Source: an uncultured Nitrospiraceae bacterium (GTDB lineage Bacteria > Nitrospirota > Thermodesulfovibrionia > Thermodesulfovibrionales > Dissulfurispiraceae). Taken from it: 64,000 bases of DNA. Below the pieces are notes generated by a model, which was not told the origin of the DNA, searched no databases, and saw only the letters and a list, made by a program, of their open reading frames with translations. Positions 39,270 through 49,493 of this stretch are shown here, piece by piece. The translations under genes were made by a program, and so were the position numbers. Position 1 is the stretch's first letter, and every line of letters starts with the position of its first letter. Where the stretch lies: contig CAVSHF010000005.1 of NCBI GenBank assembly GCA_963727805.1, forward strand, positions 288,001 through 352,000. The letters run 5' to 3'.

Positions 39270-39953
39270 CTAATGACCGAATTTAATCTCGGCTTCGGAC
39301 CTTCTCAGATAGGCAGGCACCGCCGCAAGAGCGTCGCTGTACTCGCCTCCTTCAGCCTTTTTCATGCAAAGAAAGGCGACATTTGCGGGAGAAGGAAACA
39401 TCTGTGGCGGGCTGCCGAAAAAAGCCTTTTCCCCGAGTTCCCGCTCAATACTTTCCCTGTTGAGAATCGCACCCTCTCCCAAAAAAACAGTGGGGGCATC
39501 GATCATCGAAAGGAGTGTGCCTATTCTTAAAGCTTGTTCATCGATCACCTTAACAAACCCATCTCCCACCCATTTCAACGCTGTTGCGTAAACCTCTTTC
39601 CTCCTCGCATCGAGAAGGGGACATACCTGGCGGTCGCTAAACGGGACATTCCAGGCAAATGCCTCGAGGGTTGGCACTGTGACGAACTTTTTCCTAGTCG
39701 CATAGACCAGACCTTTCACTGTGCTCAACCCCACCCTCAATCCGGTAAACGAGCCCGGACCTATTGATATTCCGAAAACATCGATATCGCCGAGCTCCAT
39801 CCCGGCAACAGTCAACACGTGATCAATCTCCTTCATGAGTCGCTCGGAATGGGTCACTCTCACATTAATTCTTGATTCAGCGACAAGTGTCGTGCCATCC
39901 ATGATTGCAAGCCCTCCAAGCATCGTAGCTGTCTCGATGGCAAGCAATCTCAT
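39270..39953 (-). CDS. tsaB: tRNA t6A biosynthesis protein TsaB
   Basis: LAIETAT, HSERL, GPGSFTGLRVG, DARRKEVY, P.YLR. Confidence 0.95.
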   Translation of the reverse strand: MRLLAIETATMLGGLAIMDGTTLVAESRINVRVTHSERLMKEIDHVLTVAGMELGDIDVFGISIGPGSFTGLRVGLSTVKGLVYATRKKFVTVPTLEAFAWNVPFSDRQVCPLLDARRKEVYATALKWVGDGFVKVIDEQALRIGTLLSMIDAPTVFLGEGAILNRESIERELGEKAFFGSPPQMFPSPANVAFLCMKKAEGGEYSDALAAVPAYLRRSEAEIKFGH

Positions 39954-41167
39954 GCGATTTTCTCCTTATAACTTTTTTCGAACAAAATAAAAAATATGAT
40001 ACTGCTAAAGATACAAACAGCTGCAAAGATTCTCAGGGACTGAAGGGTCCCCAGATAGTGTGCAATAAAACCTATCATCGAATTGCCGAGTGGGGCAAAT
40101 CCCAGGAACACAAGGGTATAAAGACTCATTACCCTGCCCCTGAGCTGATTTGGTACCGTCTGTTGGATGAAACTATTGCTCAGCGCAAGGAAACTTACAA
40201 TCCCCCATCCCGCAAAAAAAATCAAAATAGTTGAAAGATAGAATACGTTAGACAGCGAGATCGCCATTATCGCTGTCGAAAAAACTATAGCTGCGATCGG
40301 GATAAACATCCCCTTGCCTTCAATTTCGCCCTTGAAGGCAATGATCATAGCCGCTGTGAATGAACCGATGCCAGCGAAAGACATCAGTACGCTTAATCCT
40401 TTGACCCCTTCATCCAGAACCTCGACCGCTAACACAGGTAGCAATGTAAGATACGGGATACCGAAGAGGCTGAAGATTGCTATCAGCGACATCATGTAAA
40501 ATACCGGCTCTTCCTGGAGAACAAACTTCCATCCCTCGCCTACCCCGCTGATAAAACTCTTTCCGCCTCTCGCGGCAGTTCCGACCGCCTTGATTTTCGT
40601 CAGGGCAATAACAACGGGCACGAAACTAAGGGCGTTCAGAAAAAAGCAGGCTGGGATACTGAAAATTGCTATGATGAATCCCGCTATAAGGGGGCCGATA
40701 ATCCTGGCCCCATTAAAGGCTGCGGAATTCAGGGCAATCGCATTCGTGATATCGCCCCTGCCGACCACCTCGGCAAGAAAGGACTGCCGAGCCGGGATAT
40801 CAAAGGCATTGACCGTACCTAAAAAAGCGGCGATAACGCCCACATGCCAGATTGTAACGATGTTGCCGTAAGTAAGCACCCCTAATATAAAGGCCGGGAT
40901 TATTGAAAGTACCTGGGTAACGATAAGGATATTTCTCCTGGGATACCGGTCGGCTACCGAACCGCCGATGAGTGTAAACAAGAGAATCGGAAGCGATGAT
41001 AACGAGGCGATCAACCCCAGATAGAGCGGTGATTTGGTCATGGAATAAACGAGCCAGCTTTGGGCCATGGACTGCATCCAAGTGCCTGAGAGTGAGATGA
41101 TCTGCCCGAACCAGAAGAGCCTGAAATCGCGCGTATATAAAGCGGAAAACCTATGTGCTTTTTCCAT
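39950..41167 (-). CDS. MFS transporter
   Basis: 12-TM pattern, GGSVADRYPRR, PARQS, LRGRVMS; ATG at 41167. Confidence 0.9.
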   Translation of the reverse strand: MEKAHRFSALYTRDFRLFWFGQIISLSGTWMQSMAQSWLVYSMTKSPLYLGLIASLSSLPILLFTLIGGSVADRYPRRNILIVTQVLSIIPAFILGVLTYGNIVTIWHVGVIAAFLGTVNAFDIPARQSFLAEVVGRGDITNAIALNSAAFNGARIIGPLIAGFIIAIFSIPACFFLNALSFVPVVIALTKIKAVGTAARGGKSFISGVGEGWKFVLQEEPVFYMMSLIAIFSLFGIPYLTLLPVLAVEVLDEGVKGLSVLMSFAGIGSFTAAMIIAFKGEIEGKGMFIPIAAIVFSTAIMAISLSNVFYLSTILIFFAGWGIVSFLALSNSFIQQTVPNQLRGRVMSLYTLVFLGFAPLGNSMIGFIAHYLGTLQSLRIFAAVCIFSSIIFFILFEKSYKEKIA

Positions 41168-41376
41168 ATTGCTATCATATGAGTATACCCTAAGGGTACG
41201 AAAAATTAGTATGCATGCTGGTCCCATTGCCCTCCCCCTGTAACCCCTTTCATCGAGATAGTGAGAAAATATGCGCGCCTATATCCCCATGTCGAAAGGG
41301 TCGAGGTGAAAGAAGTACAGTTTTTGTCGTGAAGTCTCGCGTGCTTTGGTAGGGAAGCCCCAGCAGTCAAATAACA

Positions 41377-41407
41377 TTGACAAAACCGGTTTTTATGTAG
41401 TTAAATA
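41377..41407 (+). promoter_or_regulatory. Putative sigma70 promoter for the tRNA pair
   Basis: TTGACA at 41377-41382, followed by an AT-rich -10 region just before tRNA-Val; exact -10 is ambiguous. Confidence 0.5.
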
Positions 41408-41418
41408 TATGCTCTTTT

Positions 41419-41494
41419 GGGCGGTTAGCTCAGCTGGGAGAGCGCAGCCCTTACAAGGCTGATGTCACAGGTTCGATCCCTGTACCGCCTACCA
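41419..41494 (+). tRNA. tRNA-Val (anticodon TAC)
   Basis: GGGCGGT/ACCGCCT acceptor, anticodon arm CAGCC-CTTACAA-GGCTG, GTTCGA T-loop, encoded CCA. Confidence 0.97.
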
Positions 41495-41518
41495 TTAAGT
41501 ACACGCAGCATACCGCTT

Positions 41519-41595
41519 GGGGCGGTAGTTCAGCTGGTTAGAACGCCTGCCTGTCACGCAGGAGGTCGCGGGTTCGAGTCCCGTCCGCCCCGCCA
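41519..41595 (+). tRNA. tRNA-Asp (anticodon GTC)
   Basis: GGGGCGG/CCGCCCC acceptor, anticodon arm CCTGC-CTGTCAC-GCAGG, GTTCGA, encoded CCA. Confidence 0.97.
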
Positions 41596-41608
41596 TATAG
41601 ACCTTTAA

Positions 41609-41660
41609 TATCAATGTGTTGTAAAATTAAATTGTCCTCCAGGGCACCATTGGGGCACCA
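41609..41660 (+). other. Att-site-like remnant: IHF consensus plus GGGCACCA direct repeat
   Basis: TATCAATGTGTTG (WATCAANNNNTTR) at 41609-41621; GGGCACCA at 41642 and 41653. Confidence 0.45.
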
Positions 41661-42057
41661 ATGGTTATTTCGGAACCTATTATTGATCGCGACACAATCA
41701 TTAGAACAAACGTGCGAGAGATACTCTTGAACATGCCGTGGAGGAGAAAGGGGAAACTGAGTAGTCGACTCAAAATTTCTACTGATACTCATCGATTTCA
41801 CCAGTACCTGGATTTGATGATTACCAAAATAATCTGTCATTACTTCGTTTTCGAATGAATCCTTCGAACATGCATTAAAAAGGGAAATATTGGTTGAAAA
41901 CAAATAGCCCAGAATGGATATGTCGAGGACAATATTAATACCTAAGGTGTTATCAGCTGCAAGTGAAATTTCGGACGATGTATCGTGTGCCCTGTAATGC
42001 TTTTACCGTCAAAAATAAATTTCGATTCAGAATATGAAAGACTGACCCGCTGATCAT

Positions 42058-45000
42058 CTAGTTGTCCAGCACGTCTCTGATTTTTCTTAATAGATATTTG
42101 GGTGAGACCGGCTTAGATATGAAATTCACATTTTTCTCTACAAGGATGTCTTCGTCAATCCTATCAGCAGTATAGCCGCTTACAAATATAACTTTCATAT
42201 CCGGCTTAACTCTTTTTATTGCATCATACACTTCCCTGCCGCTCTTCTTCGGCATGATCATGTCAAGCATTATTAGTTGTATTTTGTCCTCATTCTTAGT
42301 AAATTGTCTTATTGCATCGTCCCCATCACTTGCCAGGATTACTGTATATCCACTGCTTGAGAGAACAGTATGATATAGGTCTCTTATTTTCTCATCATCC
42401 TCTGCTACAAGTATTGCCTCAGCGCCGACTGCGGGAAGGGATTCATCTTCATTTTTGCTAACAGCCTTACTTCTTTGAGTAAGAGGCAAATATATAAGAA
42501 ACGTCGTACCCTTCGAGATTTCACTTTTGACCTCGATATAGCCATCGAGCTTATTGATTATCCCGTATACCATTGCCAGGCCCAGTCCTGTACCTTTTCC
42601 TGTCGGCTTTGTTGTGAAAAAGGGTTCGAATATCTTCGATGCTGTCTCCTGATCCATACCAATCCCGGTGTCGGAAATGCTAATCAAAGCATAAGCCCCC
42701 GGTTTGATGTAATAGTTGCTTTCAAGGGATGTCTCGTCGAGTGTCACTATCTTCGTACTTAAAACAAACCGCCCTCCTTTGGGCATGGCATCCCGAGCGT
42801 TTGTCGCTAGATTCATGAGCACTTGATCCATCTGTGCGGCGTCAACCAGACATATAACATCCTCATCGGTAAGGTTGACTACGATTTCTATGTCCTCTCC
42901 TATGAATCTTGACAGTAATTTCACTGACTTCCTCAGCAGGTCATTAACATCCCATGGCAGAGGATTTATTATCTGCTTTCTGCTGAATACCAGGAGGCTG
43001 CGAGTTACATCGGCTGCCCTGTTAGCTGACTCAAGTATCTGCTCAACATCTTCTTGCAGAGGGTCGTTACGATCTAGCTTTGTCTGAAGAAGATAACCGT
43101 ATCCGGTAATCGCTGAAAGAATATTATTGAAGTCGTGAGCTATGCCCCCAGCAAGCTGTCCCACAGCTTCCATCTTTTGCGCCTCTATGAATTGAGCTTC
43201 AAGATTCAGCTCACGAGTGATGTCCCGCTTGACCGCAACGTAGTTCTCAATAATCCCAGCAGAATCCAGCACCGGCGAAATAGTCGCTTCTTCAGTGTAA
43301 TATGTTCCGTCTTTCCTCTTGTTAGTGAGACGTCCCTTCCATGTTTTACCTCCGGTGATGGTTTGCCACATCACTTTGTAGAAATTCTCGTCATGATTAC
43401 CGCTCTTGAGAACTCGCGGATTCTGACCGAGAGCCTCCCTACGAGAATAGCCTGTGGTTAATTCGAATGCAGGATTCACATACTGAATGGCTCCCTGAGC
43501 ATCGGTAACAACAACGACCTCAGCCGCCTGTTCAATAGCCGTAGTCAGAAGTTCGTGTTCAGCTTCAACACGTTTGCGCTCGGTTATGTCCTGAACCCAA
43601 CCTATAGTATTGATCAGCTGGCCGTCTTTATCGCGAAGAACCGTAATCTGAGTATCAGCCCAAACAACTGTGCCATCTTTCCTAATATATCTCTGCTCCA
43701 TATGAAACAGGGGGATTTCGCCAGAGCGCAGTCCAGTGCTTAGCGCCATCGAGGGCTCCCAGTCATCCGGGTGGAGGAGCCCTCTCGGCCCTAGTTCCAT
43801 TATCTCAGCTTCGCTGTATCCTAGAAAATCACGATAGCATTGGTTAGTGAGAATGATCTCACGCTGCTTGCCTAGAAAAGCGATACCGATGGGGGATTCT
43901 TCAAATATTTTACGGAATCGTTCCTCGCTCACTGCAAGCGCCGTCTCCGCCACCTTGCGCTCGGTGACGTCCCGGAAACTCCAAACCCGCCCAACTATAC
44001 CATCCTGCATCCACTGGGGTCTCGAATAGCGCTCGAAGATTCTACCGTCCTTGAACTCCAGCTCGTCGAAGCTCTCTTGTTCGGGATGAGCGTACAGAAC
44101 CTCCACCTTTGCGAGAAATCCTTGAGGGTCTCGCAACTGATCTAAAACTAATGTAATTACTCTTTTGTCATCCCTGGATAAAAGTATGTCATGCGGTAAG
44201 TGCCACATCTCAGCAAAACGAGCGTTGAAAGTCACGATTTCTCTCGCCCTATTCACAACCAGAATCCCGTCCGCTGTGGACTCCAGAGTCGCTTGCAGGA
44301 GTGACAGAGATTTTTTTTGATCCTCATCGGCGAGCTTTCGGTCAGTTATGTCAAGGATCATGGCAAAGGCACCGCGAAAATGATGCTCCGCATCAATGAT
44401 CGGTGTTGCTGAAACAATGGTCCACACTGCCTGCCTGTCTTTCCGACGCCATCGGCGTTCATAATGCTCCGCAATATCCCGATGCCGATTCTCCATCCTC
44501 TGTAAGTGATCTGGCAGATCCTCCTCAAAAATAAACGAGCCTACGTCTTGACCGACTATCTCTTCTGCTTCGTATCCCAGCATCTCAGCCATTTGAGCGT
44601 TAACAAAACTTATCCGGCGATCTTCATCCAGAGCCCAAACGCCCTCGTTGGCCGCATCAACCATCAGGCGGTATTTCTCCTGGCTCTGCCGTAATGCTTC
44701 CTCGGCCCGTTTGCGCTCCATGATTTCATGCTCAAGCTTCTTATTGATATCCGATATTTCCTTTGCCGACTTTTCAATATCCGCTGCATGACTGATAAGA
44801 AATAAAAAACGTGTAACGAGTCCTGTAAACGCCAATCCCGCCAGGAGGAATATCCAAGGGCTCCAGCTTTCCCTGGCGGCAATAAAACCCGGAGTGGCCG
44901 AATAGACTACCGTCCATTTGCGGCCTGCAACATCAAGCGTCTTTGAAGTTATTAAATCTGTATCAGGAAGTTCTTGGTTTAGCATGGGAACTTTACGAGT

Positions 45001-45858
45001 GCGAGATTGATGTGTATAGAGGAACCGTTCTTTCTCAGTCGCCGACGAATCATAGATAATAAAGTCCACGCCTACTGGGGTTAAATAATTTACTGCTTTT
45101 TCTGCGATATCACCAATCCTAAATACACCCAGAGCGAAGCCTTCAAGATTGTCCAATCGTGCCTGATCAGAATTTATCAATGCATCCTTCCTGTAGATCG
45201 GCGTAAAGACAATAAAACCGAATTGACTCTTTGTCTCCTGAACAAGAGTTATTCTTGCAGTGGCATGCATCTCACCTGTCTTTCGAGCGACTTCCAAAGC
45301 CTCCAGCCGTGTGGGATTAGAAGCAAGGTCAAAACCAAAGGCTTTCTCGTTACCCTTATAGGGTTCAACAAAATAGACTGGGAAATATTCCTTTCGCTTC
45401 TCCGCTCCTTCCATCTCTCCCTGTGCGACCAGTTCGGTGAATTGAAAATCTGGGAAGCCATCTCTTTTTGCGGCCTGCTCATAGGCCTCTCTCTGGGAAT
45501 GCGGTACACGTGGTATCCATTCGAGGGCTTTAATGCTTTCATGCTGCTTCAGAATATGGTCTGTAAAATTCTGAAACTCAGATCTCACCACGGTTCTTTC
45601 CGAGGCATAATATAGGGATTGAAGCGATGTAAGCGCGGATATATCGCTATCGAGCTCTCTTTTCAACGCAGAATAGCGGTTATCCGCTGCTGCATTGAAT
45701 TCTACCTCTATGAGTTTCTTGTTAGCATAATAACTCGAAGCAGAGACGATGATGGATAAGGCAACACCAAGCACCAGCATTACAGTGAATAGAATATTAC
45801 GAAAGGTTTTATTGCGCAAAGTGTATATCATGATATTGCTATTGTCGTCCCTTGTCAT
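42058..45858 (-). CDS. Hybrid sensor histidine kinase: CHASE, 4 PAS, HisKA/HATPase, REC
   Basis: TM-CHASE (EYFPVYFVEP..GNEKAFGFDL)-TM; four PAS/PAC blocks ending DITDRK/DVTERK/DITERK/DITRE; GGIAHDFNN; EPFFTTK..GKGTGLGL; REC LDMIMP. Confidence 0.93.
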   Translation of the reverse strand: MTRDDNSNIMIYTLRNKTFRNILFTVMLVLGVALSIIVSASSYYANKKLIEVEFNAAADNRYSALKRELDSDISALTSLQSLYYASERTVVRSEFQNFTDHILKQHESIKALEWIPRVPHSQREAYEQAAKRDGFPDFQFTELVAQGEMEGAEKRKEYFPVYFVEPYKGNEKAFGFDLASNPTRLEALEVARKTGEMHATARITLVQETKSQFGFIVFTPIYRKDALINSDQARLDNLEGFALGVFRIGDIAEKAVNYLTPVGVDFIIYDSSATEKERFLYTHQSRTRKVPMLNQELPDTDLITSKTLDVAGRKWTVVYSATPGFIAARESWSPWIFLLAGLAFTGLVTRFLFLISHAADIEKSAKEISDINKKLEHEIMERKRAEEALRQSQEKYRLMVDAANEGVWALDEDRRISFVNAQMAEMLGYEAEEIVGQDVGSFIFEEDLPDHLQRMENRHRDIAEHYERRWRRKDRQAVWTIVSATPIIDAEHHFRGAFAMILDITDRKLADEDQKKSLSLLQATLESTADGILVVNRAREIVTFNARFAEMWHLPHDILLSRDDKRVITLVLDQLRDPQGFLAKVEVLYAHPEQESFDELEFKDGRIFERYSRPQWMQDGIVGRVWSFRDVTERKVAETALAVSEERFRKIFEESPIGIAFLGKQREIILTNQCYRDFLGYSEAEIMELGPRGLLHPDDWEPSMALSTGLRSGEIPLFHMEQRYIRKDGTVVWADTQITVLRDKDGQLINTIGWVQDITERKRVEAEHELLTTAIEQAAEVVVVTDAQGAIQYVNPAFELTTGYSRREALGQNPRVLKSGNHDENFYKVMWQTITGGKTWKGRLTNKRKDGTYYTEEATISPVLDSAGIIENYVAVKRDITRELNLEAQFIEAQKMEAVGQLAGGIAHDFNNILSAITGYGYLLQTKLDRNDPLQEDVEQILESANRAADVTRSLLVFSRKQIINPLPWDVNDLLRKSVKLLSRFIGEDIEIVVNLTDEDVICLVDAAQMDQVLMNLATNARDAMPKGGRFVLSTKIVTLDETSLESNYYIKPGAYALISISDTGIGMDQETASKIFEPFFTTKPTGKGTGLGLAMVYGIINKLDGYIEVKSEISKGTTFLIYLPLTQRSKAVSKNEDESLPAVGAEAILVAEDDEKIRDLYHTVLSSSGYTVILASDGDDAIRQFTKNEDKIQLIMLDMIMPKKSGREVYDAIKRVKPDMKVIFVSGYTADRIDEDILVEKNVNFISKPVSPKYLLRKIRDVLDN

Positions 45859-46097
45859 ACAGCGGGAGATGATATTTATAGCCGGCGAAGGTTTCGTTTT
45901 GCGCGGCTGTGGCCAGCAATTTTGGTCTTTCCATTATTTACCTCTATCAGAAGTATAACCATGAACATTATAGCAGATTCAATTGGTTGGCATTTTGAGG
46001 TAAATGATAGAGATCTTTTCGGAAGTCGAGACGAGCGTCGGTCGGTAAAGCATGTTTATGTCTACTGAAAGTCACGACTGTAAGCAGTCTGGCAAAA

Positions 46098-46159
46098 TCA
46101 ATGATAGCCGTTAGAAACATTGATTCTGTGCTTCCTTAAACAGAGCGAGCTGCATGCAA
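46098..46159. repeat. Imperfect direct repeat, copy 1
   Basis: Shares an exact 18-mer TAGAAACATTGATTCTGT (46112) with the copy at 47501, with similar flanks. Confidence 0.75.
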
Positions 46160-46384
46160 CCGGAAACTAATACATTCGGAGAGGCGGCCCAAAAATAGGT
46201 TGCTTGGTGGAGTGTTGAAACGCCTCCCGATGATTATTGATTCTACCCATCAGGGTATTCAGGATACACTCTTTCGATGATTAATTGTAAGGATACGATC
46301 TGGCTAACCATGGGAATCTGCAACAACTAGTTTACTCGGAAAACATATGGCTTTTATCCTTCCATCAACAAGACATCAAGGGGG

Positions 46385-46855
46385 TTATTTCTTGAGAGAT
46401 GCGCTGATGATGAGCAGCGTTACGCCGTCAGCTAGCAGTAAGAGGTTAAGCGTCATGCTCATAGCATGGAGTTTTCGGAATGTTTTCCTGGCGGGAGAGT
46501 CGTCCGGTAGCGATTGAAAAGAATGGACTTCCTGCTTGACGCTGCGGATTTCCGGATGGAGCTTGAAAGAAACAAACAAATTGATAGCGACGGCAATGAC
46601 TGCCAGCACAAGGGACCAGAGGAATCCTGCCTGCCCGAAAAGATATCTGCAAAGAGGGAGGAGCAAGAGTACGAGTACCGAAAGGACCAAAGTGAAAAGG
46701 AAATAACCCGGGAAGAGCTTCCCCACGATCTCCCCCGCCTTATCTCTGTCGTATGACCTGAAGATTTTCGGAGTCACGATAAAAGTAAAGAGGCTTATCC
46801 CTCCTACCCATAGGGCAAGTATGATTATATAGACTGAATGAATGAAAGCTGTCAT
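46385..46855 (-). CDS. DUF4149/TMEM205-like 4-TM membrane protein
   Basis: LWVGG..LF.FIV.P.IF......AG.IVG.LFP.YF...FRKLHAMS pattern; ATG at 46855. Confidence 0.75.
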   Translation of the reverse strand: MTAFIHSVYIIILALWVGGISLFTFIVTPKIFRSYDRDKAGEIVGKLFPGYFLFTLVLSVLVLLLLPLCRYLFGQAGFLWSLVLAVIAVAINLFVSFKLHPEIRSVKQEVHSFQSLPDDSPARKTFRKLHAMSMTLNLLLLADGVTLLIISASLKK

Positions 46856-46887
46856 AATATTATCGCCTCTATTCAATTCTAACAAAG

Positions 46888-47460
46888 ATGATACGCAAAG
46901 AAAGAATGAATAATACTGGCTTACTTCTAATAGATCTTCAGCGTGATTTTTTACAGCCTTCTGGACGGATGTTTGTTGGCAAAAGACAAGCTGATAGCGT
47001 GATTGAATGCTCTCAGCGCCTGATATCTTTTGCTCAGAGCAATGATCTGCAGCCTATTTTGATAGTGAATCAGTTTTCAGCCCATGATCGACTTGGAAAC
47101 TTCTTCCGTCGTCATGCGGCTATTGCTGGAAGTGTGGGCGCTGAAATAGACCCAAGGATCGTACCACAGGGCTTCCCTTGTTTTACCAAAGACACGTCTG
47201 ATGCATTTTCGAATACGGAACTTAATGATTTCTTGAGGGGACAGGGAATTACTCACCTTATTATTGTCGGTGTCTATGCGGAGGGGTGTGTTCTATCGAC
47301 AGCAAAGGGCGCCATGAAACGTGGATATGAAGTAACTATTGCCTCAAATGGTGTTGAATCCAATAAAGAATGGAAGAAGCGATTGGCACTTTGGTATATT
47401 CAACGGAGAGGGGCACATGTTGTCAGCAGTACGGATATTCAACGAGACTCCACCTCCTAA
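46888..47460 (+). CDS. Isochorismatase-family cysteine hydrolase
   Basis: LLLIDLQRDF, K..SDAF, GVYAEGCV..TA catalytic Cys motif. Confidence 0.88.
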   Translation: MIRKERMNNTGLLLIDLQRDFLQPSGRMFVGKRQADSVIECSQRLISFAQSNDLQPILIVNQFSAHDRLGNFFRRHAAIAGSVGAEIDPRIVPQGFPCFTKDTSDAFSNTELNDFLRGQGITHLIIVGVYAEGCVLSTAKGAMKRGYEVTIASNGVESNKEWKKRLALWYIQRRGAHVVSSTDIQRDSTS

Positions 47461-47486
47461 CCATCAGTACAGCCGATTTACTATGA

Positions 47487-47549
47487 TCGATAATTCCCGA
47501 TAGAAACATTGATTCTGTTCTTTCTTTAAACGGAGAAGCCTGCATTCAA
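47487..47549. repeat. Imperfect direct repeat, copy 2
   Basis: TAGAAACATTGATTCTGT at 47501, then ...TTAAACGGAGAAGCCTGCATTCAA, similar to copy 1. Confidence 0.75.
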
Positions 47550-47850
47550 AGGTTACGTGCAGAAACCTCCAGTTTTCTTGATCAACTTTTCCGTATATCC
47601 GGCGAGCATCTTCTCACAGAGTCTCCAAAACTGACACGCCTAATTGCATAGGATATTTCAAGTGGAAATGACGAGATGGTTATTTATCTATAACCTCAAA
47701 GAAACTACGACCAATACAAGCAGGATTCCAGGTGCTTTTATGTGAATAATACGAGCGAATAGTTTGCGGGGCGATAGAACTTCGGAGAAGGACCCATTTG
47801 CATCGCTTTCCAAGCAGACTCAGGCCCACACCTTTTCATCTCTTATTGGT

Positions 47851-49413
47851 TTAGGGTTGCCAGCTTTTCTTGCCGTATGGAATTCCAAGCTTGTTCATCC
47901 GGTTTCGGAGCGTATTTGGATGGAGCCCTAGTATTTGGGCAGCTCCTCCCGGCCCGTTGATCTTCCCGCCAGCCGTCTCCAAGGCTTGCCTTATGTGCTG
48001 TGCGGTCATCTCGTCCAGTTGGGGCAGATCTTGATTCCGGCCTGAGTTCTGAATCGGCGTGCGGACTCCGGAATGCGATACAGGTAAAAGCTTCTCAAAA
48101 GAAAGCGCACCTCCCCGGTGCTGGATCAGGGCCCGTTCAATCATGTTTTCTAATTCCCGAACGTTGCCCGGCCAGTCATAAGTGACAAGCCTGTCGATAG
48201 CACCATGGCCAAGCACAGGTCTCTCCTTGAGATTCAGCTCCTTGGTTTTGCGTTCGATGAAGTGATGCGCCAGCGCCCGAATATCTTCTTTTCTCTGCCT
48301 GAGCGGCGGGATTGTGATGGGAAAGACATTGAGGCGGAACCAGAGATCTTCACGAAATCGTCCGGAGGCAATCATCTCCTCAAGATTTCTGTGCGTAGCC
48401 GAGATAATGCGGATGTTCACCGGTATGGTACTTGTCCCTCCCACGCGCTCGATCTCTTTCTTTTGAAGGACATACAGCAATTTCACCTGAGCCTGCAAGG
48501 GCAGTTCTCCGATCTCGTCTAAGAAGATAGTCCCTTTGTCTGCCCGCTCGAACCGGCCCCTTTTCTGCGCGACCGCTCCGGTGAATGCACCCTTCTCGTG
48601 ACCGAATAGCTCGCTGTCGAGAAGAGTCTCGGGAATTGCGCCGCAGTTCACCTTGATAAAAGGCCCATCTTTGCGGGGCGAAGAATAGTGAATCGCATTG
48701 GCGATGACCTCTTTTCCTGCACCCGTCTCCCCCAGCAACAGCACAGGGCTGTCAAGGGGGGCCACCTGCCTGACCATTTCCATCACCGGTTTTAGACCAA
48801 AATCCGAACCGATGATCTCGTCCCCCGAGACGGACCGCAGTTCGTTATAGAGATAGCGGTTGTCGTCAGCCAGCATGTCCTTGAGTCGAATAATTTCCTG
48901 ATGTTCCAAAGCTTTTGACATGGCAATAGCAATGGGTCCATGGAGCAGTTGGAGTAAACGTGCATGCTCACCGGTATATTGATTCAGGCCATCGGCATAT
49001 AGCGCAAGGGTGCCAATCTGATTTCCTTCAAGCTGCAGTATCAGGTTCATTAATGAGATATTAGCGTTGACCCCAAGTTGTTCCAGAATCTCCGGGAGGC
49101 CTGCCTCCTTGTCGGGATGAAGAATTAGGACCTTTCCTTCATTTGTCAAAAAATCCGCCTGTAAATCGGCTGCCCTTTTCCCCCGGCCTTTCTCGGGCAA
49201 GTGTAGGACTCGTTTATTCACATGGTTGAGACCGACTGATGCCACGAATTTCATAAGATTCAGATCAGGATCCAGTATATGCAGGGTCATTCCATTCGCG
49301 GGAATATAAGCTCGTATGTATTCAAAGCAGCGCTTCAGAGCCGTTACAATGTCGAGGCTGCTGCATATGCGCAGGGTCGCCTCTCGAAAAAAATCGTTTT
49401 CATCCACGTTCAT
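47851..49413 (-). CDS. GAF-domain sigma54-dependent activator (FhlA/NifA-like)
   Basis: N-terminal GAF-like region, GETGAGKE, GAFTGA, WPGNVREL, GAAQILGLHPNTLRNRM HTH. Confidence 0.93.
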   Translation of the reverse strand: MNVDENDFFREATLRICSSLDIVTALKRCFEYIRAYIPANGMTLHILDPDLNLMKFVASVGLNHVNKRVLHLPEKGRGKRAADLQADFLTNEGKVLILHPDKEAGLPEILEQLGVNANISLMNLILQLEGNQIGTLALYADGLNQYTGEHARLLQLLHGPIAIAMSKALEHQEIIRLKDMLADDNRYLYNELRSVSGDEIIGSDFGLKPVMEMVRQVAPLDSPVLLLGETGAGKEVIANAIHYSSPRKDGPFIKVNCGAIPETLLDSELFGHEKGAFTGAVAQKRGRFERADKGTIFLDEIGELPLQAQVKLLYVLQKKEIERVGGTSTIPVNIRIISATHRNLEEMIASGRFREDLWFRLNVFPITIPPLRQRKEDIRALAHHFIERKTKELNLKERPVLGHGAIDRLVTYDWPGNVRELENMIERALIQHRGGALSFEKLLPVSHSGVRTPIQNSGRNQDLPQLDEMTAQHIRQALETAGGKINGPGGAAQILGLHPNTLRNRMNKLGIPYGKKSWQP

Positions 49414-49493
49414 CGTTTATTCCTCGTTTCGTCTGTCTTTCCGGGGATGACGTTCTTTCCGCAAATCAAATCGCCTAACAAGATGTGGAACAA

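Noticed and set aside
41538..41903. 121-aa minus-strand ORF ending GGADGTRTRDLLRDRQAF
   Set aside because: Its C-terminus is the antisense translation of tRNA-Asp, a common spurious ORF
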